A stretch of 64,000 bases of DNA. Source: an uncultured Clostridia bacterium (GTDB taxonomy: Bacteria > Bacillota > Clostridia > Christensenellales > UBA1242). Positions within the stretch are counted from its first letter, which is position 1. Each line of letters opens with the position of its first letter. This document shows, in pieces, positions 18,801 to 25,778 of this stretch. The DNA lies in the NCBI GenBank assembly GCA_944377315.1, contig CALWEM010000027.1, forward strand, positions 9,934-73,933, read 5' to 3'. Both the position numbers and the translations under genes were made by a program. The notes under the pieces are model-generated. The model made no database searches, was not told the origin of the DNA, and was given only the letters and a program-made list of their open reading frames with translations.

Positions 18801-20714
18801 CACATTTTCAATTTTTAATTCTCCTGACTCGGAATTTACACTGTAAGTTGCACCGTCAACTTGACAATTTAAAATATAGCCACCCGCATTACCATATTCC
18901 CAATCATTTCCATCTAATATAAAATCATCCATATAAGCATTTTTAAAAACATAGTCTTTTTTTGCTAATCCACATTTAGCAACATATGTTGCATTATTAT
19001 TGTAACAAGTGGAAACATTTAAACCATTACTATCAGTAATCCGATCAGCAGTTTCTTCTTCACCATTATAAATACCTAAATATGTATATTTTCCGCTGTT
19101 ATTACTTGACACTTTAAATAACTCATTGGCAAATGGGTCTTTCGTAAAATGATATGTGTTTAATTTATTTGCATCATTGCCTTTCACATCACTATATGAG
19201 TTATCACTGGTTTTGACACTAACATAGTAACCATCATTATAATATTCAAATTTATAGTCAGTTGAACCATTCTCATTCACTTCATTCATAAGCCCAATAT
19301 CAATGGATGCAACAAAATATGACAATGTTATCATATCATCGCCATCAAAATTATTATAAGTTGAACAAATCGACATTGTTGTCCAATTCTTATCTAAATT
19401 GGAACCATATTTGTCACCCCAATTTATGTCTCCCAAACTACTTGTTATGTTGGTTTTTGATAAAATACTGTTTGAAGATGCTACTATTAATCCACTTGTT
19501 TCAGCATTCCCGTTATACAAAGGAAGATTTTTGTAGTTTGTTCGAATACAATCAGAAATTGTTAAAGATGAAAATGTTTCTACATTTCCAGCATAACAAC
19601 CAACTTGACCATTATTTATATTATTTTGAGTATAATTTGAATTGGCACTTACACAGCTTATTATTTTGTCATCATTACTGTTTAATCCAATTCCTCTACG
19701 AACAACATAACCTATGATTCCACCAACATATTTACTTGTGTTGTTTGTCCCTAATTGTCCATAGTTAACGCACCTAGTAATCTCTAAATCAGAATTCCTA
19801 ACAAGAACTAAACCAGATTCTACTGATGTTTCACCAACAATCCCGCCAACGTGTCCATTTCCATTTATTGAGCCATAATTGACACAATCAATAACTTTTG
19901 TATAAAAATCAGCAGCAGCTACAATAGAACTATCACCAATTGTAACTTCACCGACAATTCCGCCTTGCCCATTGTCATCGGTTGGTTCTAGATTAACCAT
20001 ATTAACACAACCTTCAATTGTGACCCCACCATAACTTGTAACCAAAATGCCAGCATTCGCTGCTGAAGCAACTCCGTCTGGTGCAACAAAAGCACAATTT
20101 TTGATTTCTGATGCTTTTGCTGTGCAAATAAAGCCACCTCTTTTCTCATCATTTTTAACTATTGGTGCTTCAAACACGATGTCATATATTTTTGCATCTG
20201 AAATATGTTCAAAAAGATAACCCCATTCCTCTAAATTGATTCCTCTGATTCCTGCCACATTTCCGTCTGCTTCGATAGTGCCATTCCCAATCAAACAGCC
20301 AGTGAAAGTTGTATCTTTTGAAAGATCCCAATAGTGTGCAGACATATCAAGATCGGCATTAACCAAAAAGACGCCATCTGGGTCTTTAATGATATATGCC
20401 AACTCTTCTGGCTTTGTCACAATATACGGACTATCTTGTGTGCCTTTACCTACATCAGGCTTTTTTGCATTACTTGACCATTTCCCGCTTGGCGTGGCGG
20501 TTGATGTCATATCGTCAGAGCCTTCACTTGATGTTTCACCACTCTCACTGTCACCACTCTCGGTTTGATTTTCATCTTCAACCGTGTAACTTGGATTTGT
20601 GTCCAAACTGTATGCATTAATTAAATTTGCACCGCACAAAGAAAAAACTGCCGTGAACAAAACGCACATTAAAGATATCAGAAATTTTTTTGATAAATTT
20701 TTCCCTAATCTCAT
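15837..20714 (-). CDS. Giant secreted protein with GLUG-type repeats at both ends
   Basis: 1625 aa with a signal peptide (MRLGKNLSKKFLISLMCVLFTAVFSLCGA). Repeated GG[IV][IV]G...C[VI]N.G motifs at N- and C-termini, an N/S/T/D-rich centre, and a Cys-rich tail CCHSSS...CDDCNEKFNW. Confidence 0.85.
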   Translation of the reverse strand: MRLGKNLSKKFLISLMCVLFTAVFSLCGANLINAYSLDTNPSYTVEDENQTESGDSESGETSSEGSDDMTSTATPSGKWSSNAKKPDVGKGTQDSPYIVTKPEELAYIIKDPDGVFLVNADLDMSAHYWDLSKDTTFTGCLIGNGTIEADGNVAGIRGINLEEWGYLFEHISDAKIYDIVFEAPIVKNDEKRGGFICTAKASEIKNCAFVAPDGVASAANAGILVTSYGGVTIEGCVNMVNLEPTDDNGQGGIVGEVTIGDSSIVAAADFYTKVIDCVNYGSINGNGHVGGIVGETSVESGLVLVRNSDLEITRCVNYGQLGTNNTSKYVGGIIGYVVRRGIGLNSNDDKIISCVSANSNYTQNNINNGQVGCYAGNVETFSSLTISDCIRTNYKNLPLYNGNAETSGLIVASSNSILSKTNITSSLGDINWGDKYGSNLDKNWTTMSICSTYNNFDGDDMITLSYFVASIDIGLMNEVNENGSTDYKFEYYNDGYYVSVKTSDNSYSDVKGNDANKLNTYHFTKDPFANELFKVSSNNSGKYTYLGIYNGEEETADRITDSNGLNVSTCYNNNATYVAKCGLAKKDYVFKNAYMDDFILDGNDWEYGNAGGYILNCQVDGATYSVNSESGELKIENVSANSKIVLTIKMNENYELFGVFREDNIVGNKIDGNKIVDVLYEGSGVFNHSSINSDATMTYTIDFSYFNTTPFNENKFILLFSRYQYKITTNLTTIVDGVDGENNTTKFVTYGYESRQYARTSNNGNLDLWENIEGEKKKVSIPEVSLIPDSDTQADFFEVYYSYFVCDIKTDGVSLLNKGKDNEASFYWGGGTNFPMDGQNYVDITFSNAPVGISGNQIFYYTLDKNTKVTDFSLNLEKLFNDNYKYDCEINVTIKKFPISVDKEYLKSVDPGYENPDNKDDSFGGKIMTYTFKIVDIYDASVKTSNCYTKDDLGGETIIAVKSDNVTDNEEISMFYAYIDETNKTIVIRVFLPNKFEYGDSVDDSKRCENEYEINSSLDDYVEKKLTDIVNITKTPQKGYYANGDSSDQFVFAKSDEIDESISVDSINSKIEDSKTDSTPLIYLINGGTKSDENSIIIYGTEKTAYLLSYYSLKTIKLEFTTDGGVGLVGSININGENYNNNVNNGDESTGNKTFIVKSYSHISFDFLGYAYVENSNGSNETQISFHKLGSVSYKITVSSNDTDSSNVTVLTDDTDSNKDPVLTYREKFDFQLINDIASNEQEITLTFTANYMEIGNYTVCVPEFKNGYYEIKSEENLYWLAMQLMQTKTDGGEGYNIKNMRFKQTCDIYLTKEFVPIGTKLIPFDGIYDGQYYSIYDLSISAENLENIGLFGCVNGATIKNLNLVSGSVSGFSKVGGVVGNAVNSTFKNVNNYSCSVNYNKNGFTENHIFVICEEGGENNGDGEDTQQTTTTQPTVVIKPVSSGDASSGDVGYNKELLLRYNLDAYNNNLTYKFEVSSGVPGNDFTNNSNSSDSGIHIAYSTKNLPYYIAGFAGYIEGGNVTVSSSRSEIIGKEYLPETQNETGDETGDETGDLETDQTLDESARMIAGFVGFVENASISYCYTTSYTFNGGSNETTLTCCHSSSADNVFDPSSCDDCNEKFNW
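16053..16088 (-). repeat. In-frame 12-nt tandem repeat (3 copies) encoding GDET
   Basis: ATCGCCAGTTTC x3 on the plus strand, giving GDETGDETGDETGD in the protein. Confidence 0.9.
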
Positions 20715-20723
20715 CTTGTTATT

Positions 20724-20753
20724 ATTTTAACTATTTTTGCAAAAAAATGTCAA
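20724..20753 (-). promoter_or_regulatory. Sigma-A-like promoter of the 1625-aa protein gene
   Basis: Minus strand TTGACA-18 nt-TAAAAT. The -10 box ends 9 nt before the ATG and no SD is present. Confidence 0.6.
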
Positions 20754-20871
20754 ATTATTTTAATAATTTTTTAATTTATTTTTATTTTATTAATATTTAT
20801 ATTAATATCTATTTTTTCACTAATTATTTTCTTATATTTTTTGGGTTTTTAAGCATTTTTTATATAAAAGT

Positions 20872-20968
20872 GGCGAAGAAGTTGCGTGCGTGTATATCAC
20901 GCACGCGGAAGCACTTTAAAGTGCTTCAAAATTTTAAAACACGCGTTTTAAAATTTTACTTCTTCGCC
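20872..20968. repeat. Three-hairpin closed-stem element E4
   Basis: Outer stem GGCGAAGAAGT/ACTTCTTCGCC encloses GCGTGCGTG-TATAT-CACGCACGC, GAAGCACTTTAAAGTGCTTC and AAAATTTTAAAAC-ACGC-GTTTTAAAATTTT. It abuts the recN stop. Confidence 0.75.
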
Positions 20969-22623
20969 TATCTTTTCAACAACTGTTTGGAATGTTCAAT
21001 TGCGGTGTCGGACACCACTTCGCCACCATCAATAAGTCTGGCAATCTCCAAAACGACATCATCGCCGTCAATAATTTCAGATTGAGATATTGTTTCGCCA
21101 TTTTCAGTCATTTTGGAAACCAAAATAAACTCATCCCCTTTGCTTGCCACAACCGGTGTGTGAGTTATGCAAATCACTTGGACAAAGTCGCTTATTTTCT
21201 CCAACTTTTGAGCCACTTTGCCAGCAGTCTGTCCACTGATACCAGAGTCAATTTCATCAAAGACAACCGTGGCAACATTTTCCTTGTCAAGCATAATTGA
21301 TTTGAATGCAAGGAGCAACCTTGATAATTCTCCGCCCGAAGCGGTTTTTGACAAGTCTTTCATATCTTGACCGACATTGGCAGAAAAGACAAATTTGACA
21401 ACATCAAAACCTTTTCTTCCAATCTCGCCTTTTTCAAAATTAACTTTAAAATTTGTGCCTTTCATTTGAAGATCGCAAAGTTCATTTTTAACTTTTTCTT
21501 CCAAAATTTTGGCTTTTTCTTGACGCAAAGACGAGAGTTGTCTGCACATCTCTTCCAAAGTTTTGAGAATGGCGTTTTTTTCATTCGTGAGTTTTGTCAG
21601 CAAAAATTCGCTGTTTTCAAGATTGCTCAACTTTTCCTTTGTTTCGTCAAGAAATTTCAAAACTTCTTCGACAGAATTACCATATTTTCTTTTCAAACCT
21701 TTGATTTCATCAAGACGCTTGTCAATTCGTTCAAGTTCGTTTTCATCAAAATCGGTGTTTTTGACAATATTATCCAAAATTTCAGCGACATCTTTAATTT
21801 CATAATAGCAAGAGTTCAATCGTTCCTGACAATCGGCAATATCTTGAAAATCAGCAAAAGAAGAGAGAAGATTTTTTGCTTCAAAAAGTTGCGTTGTCAC
21901 TGCTTCCACGCCGTCATCAAGTTTATTGACAGCACTTCCCACCTTTTCACAAATATTCTCACTTGAAGAAATAAATTTGAAACGCTCTTTGAGCTCTTCT
22001 TCTTCCCCAACAACAAGATTAGCACTTTCGATTTCTCTGATTTGAAATTCCAAAATTTCTTTCAGACGATTTCTTTCAGCATCATCACCGCCAAGCGACT
22101 TAATTTTTCCATTAATCTCACTCAACTTGTCGCATTCAATGTTTATCTTTTCCAAAATTGAAAAGGCATCTTTGCCAATAAACTTGTCCAAAATTGAGAG
22201 ATGATTATTTTCATTGACAAGTCCGACATTGTCGTGCTGACCACAAAAATCCATCAAATTTGAAGTTATTTCCTTCAAGGTTTTCAAAACCACCAAAACA
22301 CCATTGACGCGTATTGTCGATTTTCCGTCAGTGTTTAGCGTGCGAGATATGATGAGTTCATCTTCGAAATCAATGTCTTGCTCTTTCAAAATTTTTTTTG
22401 TTTCCAAAGATAAGTTTTCAAAAACAGCCTCCACCCGCATCATATTTTCCTTGGTGCGAATAAGTGTTCGGTCTTGTTTTGCCCCCAAAACAAAACTCAA
22501 GGCATCAATCAAAATACTTTTTCCAGCACCTGACTGACCCAAAATCACATTGAAGCCTTTTTTGAAATTTATCTCACTTTTTTTGATGAGAGCAAGATTT
22601 GAAATAGAAAGAGAAGAAAGCAT
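20968..22623 (-). CDS. recN: DNA repair protein RecN
   Basis: 551 aa with Walker A GQSGAGKS, coiled-coil middle, signature SGGELSR and Walker B VVFDEID. Confidence 0.96.
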   Translation of the reverse strand: MLSSLSISNLALIKKSEINFKKGFNVILGQSGAGKSILIDALSFVLGAKQDRTLIRTKENMMRVEAVFENLSLETKKILKEQDIDFEDELIISRTLNTDGKSTIRVNGVLVVLKTLKEITSNLMDFCGQHDNVGLVNENNHLSILDKFIGKDAFSILEKINIECDKLSEINGKIKSLGGDDAERNRLKEILEFQIREIESANLVVGEEEELKERFKFISSSENICEKVGSAVNKLDDGVEAVTTQLFEAKNLLSSFADFQDIADCQERLNSCYYEIKDVAEILDNIVKNTDFDENELERIDKRLDEIKGLKRKYGNSVEEVLKFLDETKEKLSNLENSEFLLTKLTNEKNAILKTLEEMCRQLSSLRQEKAKILEEKVKNELCDLQMKGTNFKVNFEKGEIGRKGFDVVKFVFSANVGQDMKDLSKTASGGELSRLLLAFKSIMLDKENVATVVFDEIDSGISGQTAGKVAQKLEKISDFVQVICITHTPVVASKGDEFILVSKMTENGETISQSEIIDGDDVVLEIARLIDGGEVVSDTAIEHSKQLLKR

Positions 22624-22632
22624 TTTCCCTCC

Positions 22633-23085
22633 TTATGACAAAATGTTTGACAATGTTGCCACCGCTTCGCTTGACAAAGCTGTGGACGGAAAAACCAACA
22701 AGACGGTGTCATCGCCATATGTTGTTCCCATAAGTTCAATGAGATTGAGTTTGTCAACAAAAGACGCCACACTTCCACCCATTCCTTTAATGGTCTTGAT
22801 GACAGCAAGGTTCAAGGCGTTTTTCACTGAAATGACAGACTCTTTGAAAATTGTTATGTAACGATTGGAAATTTGTTGCTGTTCATTTCCCAAAATGGCA
22901 TATTTATATTTTCCAGAAGAAGACAAAATCTTGGTAAGACCCAACTCTTTGATATCACGCGAAATGGTTGCTTGAGTGATTTCAAAATTGGCATTTTTAA
23001 GTTCTTTTGCAAGTTCATCTTGTGTTTCGATTTCCTTGATTGAGATAAGTTCAAGAATTTTTGATTGTCTTGTGCTCCTTGCCAT
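22633..23085 (-). CDS. argR: Arginine repressor
   Basis: RQSKILELI...TQATISRDIKELGL wHTH and a C-terminal GTxxGDDT motif. Start set to the ATG at 23085 after AAGGAG. Confidence 0.93.
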   Translation of the reverse strand: MARSTRQSKILELISIKEIETQDELAKELKNANFEITQATISRDIKELGLTKILSSSGKYKYAILGNEQQQISNRYITIFKESVISVKNALNLAVIKTIKGMGGSVASFVDKLNLIELMGTTYGDDTVLLVFPSTALSSEAVATLSNILS

Positions 23086-23180
23086 ATCCAAACTCCTTAA
23101 AGCCTAAACACCGCAAGATTTGGGCGTTGTGGCGATTTTTGCATAAATATAAATTTATAAATATTTACGCTGTTTTCATT

Positions 23181-23231
23181 ATTATACAATAAAATTTATA
23201 ATTATGCAAGTGATTTATGCATAATTATTCA
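23181..23231 (-). promoter_or_regulatory. argR promoter with two overlapping ARG-box-like sites
   Basis: Minus strand TTGCAT-17-TATAAT. TGAATAATTATGCA (23218-23231) has one mismatch to the TGAAT-W4-ATTCA core. A weaker TGCATAATTATAAA (23195-23208) overlaps the -35 box. Confidence 0.55.
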
Positions 23232-23370
23232 AGGAATTTTTATAAAAATTTGAAAAGATGAAAAAATATAAATTTGAAAAGTATAAATATTTTCCTTTAT
23301 GCAACAAAATAAAACCGCTTTACATTATATAAAGCAAAAATAAGTCATCGCTTTTATCTCTTAAAAAATC

Positions 23371-24528
23371 TCAATCTCTTTTAAGAATTATCTCCTCTTT
23401 TGAAGCCAATGCTTCCTTAACCAAAAGTTCAATATCCAAAAATTTCTCTTGATATTCTGCTCTTTTGATTGTTGGTTTGATGACTGGAAATTTTGGCAAA
23501 AAGACGGTGCAACAATCTTCATATGGCAAAATTGAAGTTTCAAATGTGCCAATTTTTTGAGAAATCTCCACAATATCTTCTTTGTCAAATGCAATGAGTG
23601 GTCGAAAAACTGGAAGAGAAACAACGCTGTTTGTGACATTGATGCTTTGCATTGTTTGACTTGCAACTTGTCCCAAACTTTCGCCAGTGATAATCGCTCC
23701 CAGTTCGTTCTCTTGACAAATTTTTTCGGCAATACGCATCATAATACGGCGCATTATGGTTATCATATATTCCGAGTCGCAATTCATATGTATTTGTTCT
23801 TGAATTTTGGTGAAAGAAACAATGTGAAGTTTTATCTCATCACAAAACTTGGTGAGTTCCTTGGCAAGTGTTATCACTTTGTCTTTGGCTTTGTCGCTTG
23901 TGTATGGATAAGAATGAAAGTGCACTGCCTCAATTTTAAGCCCACGCTTTGCCATTAAGTATCCGGCAACCGGGCTGTCAATTCCGCCTGACAAAAGAAG
24001 GAGTGCTCTCCCGCCCGAGCCAAGTGGCAATCCGCCTGCACATTTTATGGTTTCATAATATATGTAAGTTTTATTGTTAAAGCGAACTTCGACATTCACC
24101 GAATGCTCTGGATTGTTCAAATCAACTTTGGCGTTTGGATTATTTTCCAAAACAACTTCACCAAGTTCTCTTTCCAACTCCACAGATGTCATTGGGAAAT
24201 TTTTGTCCGCTCGTTTTGCGTTAACTCTGAAAGAACCTTCAATTTCAATGGTTGAAACAAATTGAAAAATATTTTCCTTTGAAGTTTCAATTTCTGTTGC
24301 TTTGGAAACACCGATAAGACCAAAAACTGTTGTCAAGTTTTGAATGATGGCATTTTCTTCAGTTTCGTCATAGTTTGAGATTATATATCGCCCAACCACC
24401 TGTTCAAAGGAAAATGAAAAAGAAGAAAGTTTTTTCTTGATGTTTGATATTAACAATCTTTCAAAATCTTTCTTGTTTTTTCCTTTAAGGAAAAGTTCAC
24501 CAAATTTTAGAAGTAAAACTTTTTTCAT
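23371..24528 (-). CDS. thiI: tRNA 4-thiouridine synthase ThiI
   Basis: 385 aa with a THUMP N-domain and PP-loop SGGIDSPVA. Confidence 0.94.
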   Translation of the reverse strand: MKKVLLLKFGELFLKGKNKKDFERLLISNIKKKLSSFSFSFEQVVGRYIISNYDETEENAIIQNLTTVFGLIGVSKATEIETSKENIFQFVSTIEIEGSFRVNAKRADKNFPMTSVELERELGEVVLENNPNAKVDLNNPEHSVNVEVRFNNKTYIYYETIKCAGGLPLGSGGRALLLLSGGIDSPVAGYLMAKRGLKIEAVHFHSYPYTSDKAKDKVITLAKELTKFCDEIKLHIVSFTKIQEQIHMNCDSEYMITIMRRIMMRIAEKICQENELGAIITGESLGQVASQTMQSINVTNSVVSLPVFRPLIAFDKEDIVEISQKIGTFETSILPYEDCCTVFLPKFPVIKPTIKRAEYQEKFLDIELLVKEALASKEEIILKRD

Positions 24529-25650
24529 CTAACTCACCCGCTTTTTGATATCATTATACACTTCAATGATGATTTCTCCTGCTCGCACAACTTCTTCTTC
24601 GGTCATATACGCATTGAAACTCACCCGACAACTCGAAACAATATCTTCTTTTTTTATGCCAATCTCTTCCAAAACACGATTACCCTGTTTTTTTGATGAG
24701 CAAGCACTGCCCAGCCCAACAATAACACCATTCTCTTCAAGTGCGTGAAGGATTGTTTCGCCTTTGACACCTTTGAATATTAAACTTTCAATATATGGCG
24801 ACCCCTTGAAATCCAAAACTTCAATTCCACTTTCTTCAAGAAGTGTTTGGTTAAACTTTTCTTTTAGTTTGGTCACATTTTCAAAATTCTTTTTCACATC
24901 AATTTTTTCAAGTGCGGTTTTAAGTGCCATAATGGCTGGCACATTTTCCGTGCCTGAACGAAGTCCATACTCTTGACCACCACCATCAACAATATTTTTA
25001 AGGATGGACAATTTGCGAACATAAAGCCCACCCACCCCTTTTGGTCCGTGAAATTTGTGTGCACTGAAAGTTAGCATATCAATTTTCAAATCTTCCACTT
25101 GAAAAGGTATTTTCATAAACGCTTGAACAGCATCAATATGAAGAAGAGCGCGTGGAGCAAACTTATCTCTTATTGCCGATATTTTCTTTATGTCATTCAC
25201 TGCACCTGTTTCATTGCTGACAAAAATTATGCTTATAAGCCTTGTCTTCTCATTGAGTTTACTCTTCAAATCTTCCAAGTCCACTCGTCCATCTTTGCCA
25301 AGCTTCGCAAAATGCACATTTTTCCCTTGTTGTGCCAAATTCTTGGCAACATTCAAAACAGACGGATGTTCACCAGAAGAAAAAACATATTCATTATCTC
25401 CACCACGCATTGAACCTTTGATGGCAAGATTATTACTTTCAGTTGCACCACCAGTGAAGATAATTGTTCCTTCACAAGCACCCAATTTTTTCAAAATATA
25501 ATTTCTGGTTTCGTTTAAAGCAGAAAACACCTGTGTGCTCTTTCTTGTGACAGCAGACGGATTGAAATATTCTTGACACGCATAAAAAGAATATGTTTTC
25601 ACACATTCTTCAAACATTTTGGTTGTTCCAGCATTGTCAAGAAATATCAT
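24529..25650 (-). CDS. Cysteine desulfurase (NifS/IscS/NifZ family), paired with thiI
   Basis: PLP lysine motif SAHKFHGPKG and C-terminal active-site loop GSACSS. Start set to the ATG at 25650 after GAAGGAG. Confidence 0.92.
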   Translation of the reverse strand: MIFLDNAGTTKMFEECVKTYSFYACQEYFNPSAVTRKSTQVFSALNETRNYILKKLGACEGTIIFTGGATESNNLAIKGSMRGGDNEYVFSSGEHPSVLNVAKNLAQQGKNVHFAKLGKDGRVDLEDLKSKLNEKTRLISIIFVSNETGAVNDIKKISAIRDKFAPRALLHIDAVQAFMKIPFQVEDLKIDMLTFSAHKFHGPKGVGGLYVRKLSILKNIVDGGGQEYGLRSGTENVPAIMALKTALEKIDVKKNFENVTKLKEKFNQTLLEESGIEVLDFKGSPYIESLIFKGVKGETILHALEENGVIVGLGSACSSKKQGNRVLEEIGIKKEDIVSSCRVSFNAYMTEEEVVRAGEIIIEVYNDIKKRVS

Positions 25651-25680
25651 ATTTTCTCCTTCTGTTTGTTGCTTGGACAC

Positions 25681-25776
25681 GCGGACTTATGAAAAATTTT
25701 GCACCCAGCAAAATTTTTTCGGGTTTCGCAGGAGCGAAATCCGCTCGCACCGCGATGGGTGCGAGAATAAGTCCGC
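25681..25776. repeat. Three-hairpin closed-stem element E2
   Basis: Outer stem GCGGACTTAT/ATAAGTCCGC encloses GAAAAATTTTGC-ACCCA-GCAAAATTTTTTC, GGGTTTCGC-AGGA-GCGAAATCC and CTCGCACC-GCGATG-GGTGCGAG. It lies 2 nt after the pheT stop. Confidence 0.75.
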
Positions 25777-25778
25777 CC

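Noticed and set aside
20872-20968. Closed-stem elements read as integron attC sites or REP/RAYT repeats
   Set aside because: attC and REP sites are single imperfect hairpins with defined R-box or GTAG features, and these elements are branched. The flanking genes are core housekeeping genes, and no integrase or RAYT gene is present.
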